A model generated the notes under the pieces. That model was not told where the DNA came from. It did not search any database and saw only the letters and a program-made list of their open reading frames with translations. A stretch of 49,669 bases of DNA from Actinomycetota bacterium (GTDB lineage: Bacteria; Actinomycetota; Aquicultoria; SKW223), in contig JAOADC010000066.1 of the NCBI GenBank assembly GCA_026417515.1, positions 1-49,669 on the forward strand. The letters are read 5' to 3'. A program made the translations under genes and the position numbers. How positions within the stretch are numbered: the stretch's first letter is position 1; every line of letters starts with the position of its first letter. This document shows, in pieces, positions 1 through 8,649 of the stretch.

Positions 1-727
1 GATAAAGCATAAGAAGGCAAAAGAAGACGCTAAAAGGGGAAAGATTTTTTCAAAGCTTACTAGGGCAATAATAGTTGCTGCAAAGCAGGGAGGGGGGAAT
101 CCAGAAACCAACCCTCAACTAGCGAATGCTATAGAAAAAGCAAAGCAGTTTAACCTTCCTCAAGAGAACATTGAGAGAGCAATAAAGAAAGCAACTGGTG
201 AACTGGGCTCTGAGAATTATGAACAAATAGTCTATGAAGGATATGCTCCTGGTGGAGTGGCAGTTATGGTTGAGGCTATGACTGACAATAGGAACCGAAC
301 AGCTGCAGACATCAGACATATATTCAGTAAGCATGGAGGCAACCTTTCAGAAACAGGAAGTGTGTCCTGGATGTTCGAAAAAAAAGGCATCGTTTCATTT
401 CTAAAAGAAGAAGTCAATGAAGAAGAACTACTGATGGACGCACTCGAGGCTGGGGCTGAAGATTTAGAAGAAGACGAAAGCTTTGTTAATGTGATTACAA
501 GTCCAAAGAACTTTAATCAGGTAAAAGAGGCTCTTCAGCAAAAGCAGTACAGGTTTGAAAGGGCAGAAATAACAATGAATCCTACTTCTACAGTGAAGAT
601 TGAGGACAAGGAAACTGCAAAGAAGGTTCTAAGACTTATTGAGGCACTTGAAGACCATGATGATGTTCAAGAGGTCTACTCCAATTTTGATATTGAAGAA
701 TCTATTCTTGAAGAGTTAGAAGGTTAA
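1..727 (+). CDS. yebC: YebC/PmpR family DNA-binding regulator (5'-truncated by the window edge)
   Basis: Frame open from position 2 (IKHKKAKEDAKRGKIFSK...), YEGYAPGGVA, TDNRNRT, LEDHDDVQEVYSN; upstream of ruvCAB as usual. Confidence 0.95.
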   Translation, partial: IKHKKAKEDAKRGKIFSKLTRAIIVAAKQGGGNPETNPQLANAIEKAKQFNLPQENIERAIKKATGELGSENYEQIVYEGYAPGGVAVMVEAMTDNRNRTAADIRHIFSKHGGNLSETGSVSWMFEKKGIVSFLKEEVNEEELLMDALEAGAEDLEEDESFVNVITSPKNFNQVKEALQQKQYRFERAEITMNPTSTVKIEDKETAKKVLRLIEALEDHDDVQEVYSNFDIEESILEELEG

Positions 728-763
728 AATATAGTTGTATCTTATTTGAAACCAGGTGCTTTA

Positions 764-1261
764 ATGAAAATTGTCGGCATTGATCCAGGGACAGCTATCA
801 CTGGATATGCTTGTCTTGAATCATTTGATGGGCGATTCAAACTTCATAAACACGGTTGTATCAAAACCAATTCAGAGACAGAGATCTCAAATAGAATAAA
901 GCAGATTTACGAAGAGATATCTGCGTTGATTGATTGGTTTCAGCCTGATGTGGTGGCTTTAGAAAGGCAGTTTTTTAATAGGAATGTTACGAACGCTCTC
1001 TTTGTTGGTCATGCTTCTGGAGTTATTTTGCTTGCAGCCGCTCAGAGAGGCGTTCCTGTTAGTATGTATACCCCACTACAAGTTAAGCAGTCGATTGCTG
1101 GCTATGGAAAAGCAAGCAAAAAACAAGTGCAGTATATGGTGAAGAACTTGCTCGGACTCTTAGAACTCCCAAAGCCTGACGATGCAGCTGATGCCATTGC
1201 TGTGGCAATCTGCCACGCTAACATAAGTCTTTTCGAAAAGCAATTTGAAAGAATGGAATAA
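764..1261 (+). CDS. ruvC: Holliday junction resolvase RuvC
   Basis: IVGIDPG, LERQFF, YTPLQVKQSIAGYGKASKKQV, PDDAADAIAVA; ATG at 764 preferred over TTG 746. Confidence 0.95.
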   Translation: MKIVGIDPGTAITGYACLESFDGRFKLHKHGCIKTNSETEISNRIKQIYEEISALIDWFQPDVVALERQFFNRNVTNALFVGHASGVILLAAAQRGVPVSMYTPLQVKQSIAGYGKASKKQVQYMVKNLLGLLELPKPDDAADAIAVAICHANISLFEKQFERME

Positions 1262-1262
1262 G

Positions 1263-1841
1263 ATGATCTACTACTTGAGAGGAAGGGTTATTGCCAAATC
1301 TACCAAAGCACTCGTCGTTGAAAGCTCAGGTATCGGTTTCTTGGTGCAAGTTTCTGAATCTGTATTTGAGTATGCTGATATTGGAAGCGAGATAGAATTG
1401 TTTGTCGCTGCTATATTGCGAGGCGATACATTTGAATTGTATGGATTTGACAATGCATCAGAAAGGGAGATGTTCGATACATTAAGAAGCATGGATAGTG
1501 TTGGACCTAGGCTTGCTTTTAGGATAATCTCAAAACTTGGAATAAAGGGAATTTTAGAAGCAGTATCAAAGAAAAATCCTGTTGCGCTTGAACAAGTTGA
1601 GGGGATTGGAAAAAAGACAGCCTCAAAGATTCTACTTGAACTGGTTAGCAAATTCGAACTTTTTAAGGATTCGATAGTTTCAGGGTATAACGAAGAAAGA
1701 AAAGTTGCTATGGAAGCTTTAGAAAAACTTGGATTGAAAAAAGAAGAGATAACTAGATTGTTCTCTGATCTGGACTTTACAAAACTAAAAACGGCAGAAG
1801 AAATCGTAAGTGAAGCTTTAAAAAAGCTCAGCAAAGGGTAA
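1263..1841 (+). CDS. ruvA: Holliday junction branch migration protein RuvA
   Basis: MIYYLRG, ELYGF, HhH motifs SVGPRLA and VEGIGKKTASKI; lies between ruvC and ruvB. Confidence 0.93.
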   Translation: MIYYLRGRVIAKSTKALVVESSGIGFLVQVSESVFEYADIGSEIELFVAAILRGDTFELYGFDNASEREMFDTLRSMDSVGPRLAFRIISKLGIKGILEAVSKKNPVALEQVEGIGKKTASKILLELVSKFELFKDSIVSGYNEERKVAMEALEKLGLKKEEITRLFSDLDFTKLKTAEEIVSEALKKLSKG

Positions 1842-1844
1842 TCG

Positions 1845-2885
1845 ATGAGTGATCTACTCGATCCAAAATTACAACAAGAAAGCGATATAAATGAAGAGAG
1901 CCTTTTAAGACCAAGAAAGTTTTCTGAATTTGTAGGTCAGAAAAACATAAAAAGTGCTCTTGAAATATTTATTGTGGCTGCCAAGGAAAGAGGAGAGCCA
2001 CTTGACCATATCCTTCTTTCTGGTCCCCCTGGTCTTGGAAAAACTACATTGGCTCAGATTATTGCCAATGAAATGGGAGTTGGTATCAGGATAACATCTG
2101 GACCTGCTCTTGAGAGATCATCTGACATTGCGGCGATTTTAACATCCCTAAGCGAAAACTCTGTTCTTTTCATAGACGAGATACATCGTTTACCCAGACC
2201 TGTCGAGGAAGTACTTTACGCAGCGCTTGAAGATTTCAAAATAGATATTGTTATAGGAAAAGGTCCTGGTGCGAGAACAATAAGGCTGGATTTACCAAAG
2301 TTTACTTTAGTTGGTGCAACAACCCGCTCAGGAATGTTGACAGCACCGTTGAGAGACAGGTTTGGATTTACTGCAAGGCTAGATTTTTACAAAACAGAAG
2401 AACTTAAGGAGATCGTTCTGCGTTCTGCTAGTCTGCTGCTGTGTGAAATTGAAGAGGACGCTGCACTAGAAATTGCAAGAAGATCTCGGGGAACTCCAAG
2501 AATTGCTAACCGATTACTAAAAAGAGTACGAGACTATGTTCAGGTAAAGCATAGGGGTCTAATTACGGTTGAAAAGTGTAAGGAAGCGCTTGATTTCTTA
2601 AATGTGGATAATGAAGGACTCGATGATGTTGATAGAAAGCTTTTGAAAATTATGATTGAGAATTATAGAGGCAGACCTGTAGGAATAAATGCACTCGCAA
2701 ATGCTATAGGCGAAGAGGCTGCCACCATTGAAGATGTCTATGAGCCTTTTCTCATTCAATCAGGCTTCTTAGTCCGAACTCAACGAGGAAGAATGCCAAC
2801 TAAAAAAGCTTACCTACATCTGGGATACCAATATGTTGAGAATGAAAGCCCCCCTCTTTTTAAAAGCGATGATGAAAGTCAGTAA
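1845..2885 (+). CDS. ruvB: Holliday junction DNA helicase RuvB
   Basis: [44 protein letters not shown]. Confidence 0.98.
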   Translation: MSDLLDPKLQQESDINEESLLRPRKFSEFVGQKNIKSALEIFIVAAKERGEPLDHILLSGPPGLGKTTLAQIIANEMGVGIRITSGPALERSSDIAAILTSLSENSVLFIDEIHRLPRPVEEVLYAALEDFKIDIVIGKGPGARTIRLDLPKFTLVGATTRSGMLTAPLRDRFGFTARLDFYKTEELKEIVLRSASLLLCEIEEDAALEIARRSRGTPRIANRLLKRVRDYVQVKHRGLITVEKCKEALDFLNVDNEGLDDVDRKLLKIMIENYRGRPVGINALANAIGEEAATIEDVYEPFLIQSGFLVRTQRGRMPTKKAYLHLGYQYVENESPPLFKSDDESQ

Positions 2886-2890
2886 ATCAT

Positions 2891-3961
2891 TCAGTACACA
2901 ACATTTCTTATTGGATGCAGAAAAAGCGGCGAACTTCTCCAGCAAGGATAATAACCATAGTTGTAGAGTTCTAATTGCCTATTGATAATTGCTGCGAGAA
3001 GCATCTTTTGTTTTACGCTTTCACCCAAGGTATTTAGATGTTCGACTAGGAACCTGTAAAGTATTTCAAGCGAGCTCATTTCTCCATTATTAGAAGGCAG
3101 CGCAAGACATCCTTTAGAAGAATTCTTTAAGGCTGCTTCGTTTATTACTTCATCTAGCGCCTCCTTGAATTTACCAATTACAATCGGCCTTGAAATCCCC
3201 TTAGCATATGGGCACAAGGCAAGGTATATTTTTGAACGAGACTTAAAAATATAGGCCGTATGCGAAAGAGCCGGACAGCGACATGAAAAGGCCCAGGAGA
3301 TTTCGACTGGATTTTCATATAGAGGATAGATTGAAGACCTTAAGAAGGATATTCTATGCAATAGCAATTCTGAAAGAAGGCAGATTGACTCCTTTGCATT
3401 TTCCAAATTTTCTTCAGGTGCCTCTTTCATAAGTGTAGAGAGTCTGAAATAGCTGGCACCTTTTTGGACTGCGAAGTCGAATACATCTCCTATTTCTGAT
3501 CTGTTGATTTCATTGAGAGTCATTGAAATACCAAAAAAACTCTTTTTTTGCGAAAGTTTTTCAACAGTTCCAAGGATGTTTCTATAGGCGCTTCGTTTTC
3601 CCTTGATAATCTCAAGAACTTCAGGTTCAAGGGATTCGATGCTAACTCTTACCTGTGCAAGGTTTGGAAAACTCAATATCTCATCCAGTTGTTTTTCTGA
3701 TTTATCTGGACATGAGGTAAACAAACTTACAAAAACTCTTTCTTCAAGGCAGATATTTAATATTTCAACTATTGAAGGGTGAAGCAAAGGCTCACCACCG
3801 GTGAGAAAAACATCTGTTAGACCCAATTTCTTTGATTCCCTGATTATCCAAGTTATTTCTTCCAGCGATAACTCTGAATCAGGTATCGATTTCTCCTTTC
3901 TACAGTAAACACACTTATAATTGCAAGATGAAGTTAAATCAATCGTCAGCGCCTTGAGCAT
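2891..3961 (-). CDS. Radical SAM enzyme (356 aa) with atypical Cys-containing C-terminus; second maturase of putative RiPP cluster
   Basis: CNYKCVYC (CxxxCxxC), TGGEPLLHP; GGAGGT SD; ATG 1 nt after the stop of the upstream rSAM gene. Confidence 0.88.
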   Translation of the reverse strand: MLKALTIDLTSSCNYKCVYCRKEKSIPDSELSLEEITWIIRESKKLGLTDVFLTGGEPLLHPSIVEILNICLEERVFVSLFTSCPDKSEKQLDEILSFPNLAQVRVSIESLEPEVLEIIKGKRSAYRNILGTVEKLSQKKSFFGISMTLNEINRSEIGDVFDFAVQKGASYFRLSTLMKEAPEENLENAKESICLLSELLLHRISFLRSSIYPLYENPVEISWAFSCRCPALSHTAYIFKSRSKIYLALCPYAKGISRPIVIGKFKEALDEVINEAALKNSSKGCLALPSNNGEMSSLEILYRFLVEHLNTLGESVKQKMLLAAIINRQLELYNYGYYPCWRSSPLFLHPIRNVVY

Positions 3962-3962
3962 C

Positions 3963-5342
3963 TTACGACCTCCAACTAAAACCCTTTTTGTTCAGCCCAC
4001 ACTCTGAGTTTTCTGATGCTTTCATAAGCATACGTTTAAGGCAACCATTGCAGTAACTGAAGTTTTTGCATCTTTCGCATCCCAAAGAAGAAGGGGATTC
4101 AACATCTGAAAATACTCCAAGATTCTTTTCGGAAAGAAGGTGCTCGAGATCTTCTGAAAAAATATTGCCAAAAGTAAAGCTTCTATCAAACATCACACAT
4201 GGTCTTATGTTTCCTTCAGGACATATTGCTATGGTTTTTGTTCCTGCTCCACAACCAAAGTCAAAGATTTCTTTCAAAGTAGGTTCAGGCAGGACAAAAA
4301 CCTTATCTGGATAAATAGATTTTAGTTTCATAAATTCAATATCAAAGCGGGCCCAGTCGCTATCGTCTTCAATAAAGATTCGAGAGTTTAATGCCCTGCC
4401 TTCCGGATTAACAGGAGCAGCTGCAAATATGGAAGCACCATTTTCAAATGCCAGTTCTGCAGTTGGTAGAATATCATTAAGGTTTTCTCTTGAAACATTC
4501 ATTGATACTCTTACAGGGACTGAAGCAGCTTCCAAAAGCCTCAATGCTCTTAAAGCCTTTTCAAAGGATCCTTTCATCCCTACAAACCAGTCGTGAAAAG
4601 AACTCTTATAGGAATTTAAAGTGATGCTTACAAAAACTTTGGTTTCGTACTTGTTCAGATTGCTCAATAGAGAAACTTTCTGTTCATCGAGAAGTGTTCC
4701 ATTTGTTATCACTGATACCAGATCAAAATACTCTGCTGCCAGGGAAAGCATTTCATCAAAATAAGGATGCAAGAGAGGTTCTCCTCCGGTGAACTCAACA
4801 ACCAGTGTGCCTTCAAGTGACAGGTTTTCAGCCATCCTGAAGAAATTCTCTTTATTCATAAATTGATTATTTCCTGGACCAGACTCTCTGTAACAATGAA
4901 CACACCTTTGATTGCATGAATCAGTAAGCTCCAGGAATAGATGGAGGGGTACGAAGTAATCTCTTGAACCTCCAAAAGTTGGAAAACTTGAAGAATGCAG
5001 TGGCTCGTATGCGTAATCAATGATGCCTTCTTGAAGCAACCAATCAAGAAAATAGTAAACTTTATTTTCTGGAATTCGGTAGACATTCTTAAGAACCTTA
5101 AGAATAGTTTTAAGAGGTGTTCTTCCATCACATGAAAAGATTATCTCCTCGTCAGTATGGTCAATTTTTTTCGAAATATACGAGCGGAAGTTTGTTTTAG
5201 TTGAATTCTTTCCTGGATGGAAAAGCCATGAATCTCTTGGTGTTGTGTGAATATGACAGTCGCTTGTTACGAAAGGATAAACCTTTTCAGGCTTGATTTC
5301 ATAAAAACTCTGAATCCGTTTGTTTGAATGAAGACCCCTCAT
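3963..5342 (-). CDS. AlbA/ThnB-like radical SAM/SPASM peptide maturase with N-terminal PqqD-like RRE (459 aa)
   Basis: True start ATG 5342 with AAGGAGG SD; RRE-like CDGRTPLKTIL...FLDWLLQEGII; CNQRCVHC; TGGEPLLHP; SPASM CGAG...GNIRPC...GNI...CERC...YCNGC...C. Confidence 0.9.
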   Translation of the reverse strand: MRGLHSNKRIQSFYEIKPEKVYPFVTSDCHIHTTPRDSWLFHPGKNSTKTNFRSYISKKIDHTDEEIIFSCDGRTPLKTILKVLKNVYRIPENKVYYFLDWLLQEGIIDYAYEPLHSSSFPTFGGSRDYFVPLHLFLELTDSCNQRCVHCYRESGPGNNQFMNKENFFRMAENLSLEGTLVVEFTGGEPLLHPYFDEMLSLAAEYFDLVSVITNGTLLDEQKVSLLSNLNKYETKVFVSITLNSYKSSFHDWFVGMKGSFEKALRALRLLEAASVPVRVSMNVSRENLNDILPTAELAFENGASIFAAAPVNPEGRALNSRIFIEDDSDWARFDIEFMKLKSIYPDKVFVLPEPTLKEIFDFGCGAGTKTIAICPEGNIRPCVMFDRSFTFGNIFSEDLEHLLSEKNLGVFSDVESPSSLGCERCKNFSYCNGCLKRMLMKASENSECGLNKKGFSWRS

Positions 5343-5365
5343 TCGTACCCCTCCTTTTTTATTTT

Positions 5366-5485
5366 TTACCAGGCTGTTAGGCCTGCGACAGAAAGGGAAG
5401 AAGTTGCTGCATATCTGGTTCCACACCAGACTGCTGCGAGCGAGCATGCAGCGCAAGCAGCACAACCCGTGCACCATGCAGGCAT
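5366..5485 (-). CDS. Putative sactipeptide-type RiPP precursor, 39 aa: MPAWCTGCAACAACSLAAVWCGTRYAATSSLSVAGLTAW
   Basis: Hand-translated; SD GAGGGGGTGA 5 nt before ATG; CxxCxxCxxC; ends 23 nt before the rSAM/SPASM start; not in the ORF track. Confidence 0.85.
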   Translation of the reverse strand: MPAWCTGCAACAACSLAAVWCGTRYAATSSLSVAGLTAW

Positions 5486-5621
5486 TTTAATCACCCCCTC
5501 TTTGTAATGGGTTTAAAAAAAGAATAGAGGAGCGTTAAAGTGTTGAAAATAAAGACAAGATATTAAATGAGTGAACAAAATTTCCTAATATGAGTGATTT
5601 ATCCTCTAGGAAAGGATTCAG

Positions 5622-6104
5622 TTATTCTTGATCGATATAGATTTCTTCAGCATCAGCGTTGTAACCTAAAAGTTCTGCAAACCTACCCCAGTCAATTATG
5701 ACATTAAGCAGTTTCTCGGCGTCTTCGTGCGTTAACTCTTCTTCGAATAATTCAGTAACCTTTTCGCGATCAGCCATAAGGTCCTTGTTTGTATGGAGGA
5801 ACTTTAAAAGGTCCTTAAATATTTTCACTTTTTTCAATCTTTCTTTAAAAATAAGTTTTCTTTCATTGATGTCAGCGTCAATAAACTTTTTACCAATTTC
5901 AGTTAGGATTATGTCTCCATCTTCTATCCTCACAAAACCAAGTATTTCTGCTGCATCAACTATGGGAGAAAACTCGTCAATATCCATATTGAGCATTTTT
6001 GCCAATTCAAAAAGATCTTCCTTTTGAGATTTAAAATCGTTTAAGAACTCCAGAAGCCCAATAATTTCACCAATAGTGGCTTTAGGCAGGGGCTCAATAG
6101 CCAT
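5622..6104 (-). CDS. Stand-alone AAA-associated (NitT/TauT ABC C-terminal-type) domain protein
   Basis: LP.ATIGEIIGLLE...DL..LA..L.MDID...PIVDAAEILGF...IDWGRFAELLGY pattern, normally the C-terminal domain of NitT/TauT ATPases. Confidence 0.8.
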   Translation of the reverse strand: MAIEPLPKATIGEIIGLLEFLNDFKSQKEDLFELAKMLNMDIDEFSPIVDAAEILGFVRIEDGDIILTEIGKKFIDADINERKLIFKERLKKVKIFKDLLKFLHTNKDLMADREKVTELFEEELTHEDAEKLLNVIIDWGRFAELLGYNADAEEIYIDQE

Positions 6105-6134
6105 TACAGATGTCTCACCTCTTCATCTAGAATT

Positions 6135-6896
6135 TTAAAGTATACGCGCATAAACCTCGTCAACGATTTCTAAAAGTTCCTTCGACTTATATTTTCTTGG
6201 TCTTGGCAATGGTATTTTAACCTGTCCAATTGTCTTTCCTGGTTTTTCTGAGACAAGAATAACACGATCGCTCATATAAACAGCTTCTTCAATCGAGTTA
6301 GTAACCATTAATATGCTTAGTAAATTAAACGATTGATCCTGCCAAATATCAAGAATTTCCTCTTGAAGATTTCTGGCTGAAAGGATGTCCAGATTTGAAA
6401 AGGGTTCGTCTAATAGCAATAACTCAGGCTGCACAGCGAGGGCTCTTGCAATACCGACTCGTTGCTTCATGCCTCTTGAAAGTTCTCTCGGATATGCTTC
6501 TTCAAATCCCTCTAAACCTACTTTATCGATGAAAAACTCGCTTATTCTCACTGCTTCCTTTTTGGGAATACCCTTAGCTTCAAGAGGAAGAATAATGTTC
6601 TCAAGTACAGTAAGCCAGGGTATGAGGGCAAAGTTCTGAAAAACAATGGAAACTTTTTCGTTGTGACCGGTTACTTCTTCTCCAGCGTAATACACTTTTC
6701 CATCTGTTGGCTTTTCAAGACCAGAGATGATTCTGAGCAGAGTGCTCTTTCCAGAGTCTGAGGGCCCAACAAGTGATACGAACTCGTTCCTGTAGACAGA
6801 AAAATTCATATCTTTTATTACGATATATTCTTTACCACCTTCAAAAAATTTCTTTTCAACATGCTCTACTTTTAATAGAGGAACTCTTCTTGGCAA
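6135..6896 (-). CDS. NitT/TauT-family ABC transporter ATP-binding protein with variant motifs
   Basis: GPSDSGKST, FQNFALIPW, LSRGMKQR, LLLLDEPF; H-loop reads VTN. Confidence 0.9.
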   Translation of the reverse strand: MPRRVPLLKVEHVEKKFFEGGKEYIVIKDMNFSVYRNEFVSLVGPSDSGKSTLLRIISGLEKPTDGKVYYAGEEVTGHNEKVSIVFQNFALIPWLTVLENIILPLEAKGIPKKEAVRISEFFIDKVGLEGFEEAYPRELSRGMKQRVGIARALAVQPELLLLDEPFSNLDILSARNLQEEILDIWQDQSFNLLSILMVTNSIEEAVYMSDRVILVSEKPGKTIGQVKIPLPRPRKYKSKELLEIVDEVYARIL

Positions 6897-6899
6897 TTT

Positions 6900-8627
6900 C
6901 TACTCCAGATCGAGAGAATATTTTTTTTCGGCGTAATCATAAAGTTTTTGCCAGATTAGGTTGTTTAAAAGAATTATAACAGTAACCAGAGCAGCCAGAC
7001 AAAGTGTTAGTAGTGTGGTGTCGCCTTTGATGATAGCAGCATAGTCAATCAAATAGCCTATACCATTGACTTTGTAAACCTTGTGGTTGAAAACAGAAAA
7101 CTCAGCAACTACTAAAGCGTTCCATCCTGCTCCAAAAGCAGCAAAAGAACCGGTTACTAATCCAGGAAAAGATGCTGGCAAGACAAGTTTACGAAGGATA
7201 AAAAACTTTGACTTGGAAAAGAGGTGAATTGGTTCTTTAAGTTCTCTTGGTATAAGCATAATACGGGACGCAGGTGGGAAAATCATATACCAAAACATTG
7301 TCGAAAAGAGTACAAAGAAGGCTGCCAGCTCCATCGAATGCTTGAATTTAGAACCTATGGCAATTGATAGAATGAGTGGTTTTAAGGCGGTCCCAGGTAT
7401 TGAAGATAGGATTCTAAAAATAGTCAAAAGCCCCTCTGATGTTTTTGGGCTTCCGAAGTAAAGAATTGATGAGATGATTGATAACAAAAGTAAGCAAAAA
7501 ATGTAAACTGAAACCAAACGAATAAAGGAAAAGAAAATAAATGATGGAATATTTCGAGCTTCTAGAGGGAACGGTTGGGTTAAAATGTAAATTAGAAACT
7601 TACCAAGAACAAAAATCAGGTAGGCAAGAAAACCAAAGAATAATATTTTTACAATTAGCGATAGCAATCTTTTTAACTTCTTTGATGCCTGGATTTTTGA
7701 AAAACGGGAGTAAAGTATTTCAGTAAGAGTGGTTTTCTGAATCCTTTCCTTTAATTCTTCTTCAAATCCACGTCTTATTGGAGAGAAGAATTGAATTAAA
7801 TCTTTAAACTTTGATAGAACATAATTTTCAGGAGCTTCTTCTTCGTAGGGCATCATTTGAAAAGAGAACTTTTTTGACCAGCTGGTTAAAGGTTCCCAAA
7901 CAAAGATGCTCATTGCAAGAACAGTGATGATTATGGCAAGAAATCCGCCAAGAACACCAAAATAATCGCCCTTTTCAGAGGAAGTCCAGAGAATCTGGCC
8001 TATTCCTGGAAGATTGAACTGCTTGGCACCAATTGCAAAAACTTCAGAAGACATAAGAAAGAACCAACTGTTTCCCCATGAGACATTGGAGTTAAAGATG
8101 AGAGAAGGGATTGTTGCTGGGATATAAACCTTTTTTAAAGCAAGCCAGCCCCTAATATTGTAGGCACGTAATAATCTATCAACATCTTTTGGCATAACTT
8201 TTAGTGATTCGTAGACACCAAAAATCATATTCCAAGCCTGAGATGTAAAAATTAGAAATATCGAAGCAAGTTCTATGCCTATGCGTTCCCCTCTAAAAAG
8301 AGCAACAAAGATGCCTATTGCAGCTGGAAAGAATCCAACCACAGGTACGCTCTGCATAATATCAAGGAAGGGCAAGAGTACTCTTTCAACACGTTTGTTT
8401 CTGGCCATCCAAAAACCAAGTGCTATGGCAGCGATGAGTGAAAATACATAAGATGCGGCAATCCTTAGAATTGAGTAACTTGTATATGTTAAAAGTTGGA
8501 AGAAATCGTAAGGCGCTCTCCTGAATATGTAAAAAGAAACGACGACGAAAGCGCTCAATGAGAAACCAAAAAAAACATATCTCAAAATACTTGATTGGCG
8601 CAGATTAAAAGGAAGTCTTCCAAGCAT
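6900..8627 (-). CDS. NitT/TauT-family ABC transporter permease with duplicated membrane domains
   Basis: LDIMQSVPVVGF, FTSQAWNMIFG, SWGNSWFF..SE, GAGWNALVVAE; about 12 hydrophobic segments. Confidence 0.85.
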   Translation of the reverse strand: MLGRLPFNLRQSSILRYVFFGFSLSAFVVVSFYIFRRAPYDFFQLLTYTSYSILRIAASYVFSLIAAIALGFWMARNKRVERVLLPFLDIMQSVPVVGFFPAAIGIFVALFRGERIGIELASIFLIFTSQAWNMIFGVYESLKVMPKDVDRLLRAYNIRGWLALKKVYIPATIPSLIFNSNVSWGNSWFFLMSSEVFAIGAKQFNLPGIGQILWTSSEKGDYFGVLGGFLAIIITVLAMSIFVWEPLTSWSKKFSFQMMPYEEEAPENYVLSKFKDLIQFFSPIRRGFEEELKERIQKTTLTEILYSRFSKIQASKKLKRLLSLIVKILFFGFLAYLIFVLGKFLIYILTQPFPLEARNIPSFIFFSFIRLVSVYIFCLLLLSIISSILYFGSPKTSEGLLTIFRILSSIPGTALKPLILSIAIGSKFKHSMELAAFFVLFSTMFWYMIFPPASRIMLIPRELKEPIHLFSKSKFFILRKLVLPASFPGLVTGSFAAFGAGWNALVVAEFSVFNHKVYKVNGIGYLIDYAAIIKGDTTLLTLCLAALVTVIILLNNLIWQKLYDYAEKKYSLDLE

Positions 8628-8649
8628 ATGAAAATTTTAACAGTTAGGA

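Noticed and set aside
1271-1834. 187-aa antisense ORF over ruvA, and similar shadow ORFs (10869-11411, 41306-41701, 5698-6027 and others)
   Set aside because: Antisense to well-supported genes; Ser/Phe/Ile-rich composition typical of reverse-strand shadows; no motifs
5343-5477. 45-aa Cys-rich N-terminal extension of the rSAM (MVHGLCCLRC...) in the ORF track
   Set aside because: It is an alternate frame of the precursor gene; the SD positions support ATG 5485 (peptide) and ATG 5342 (enzyme)
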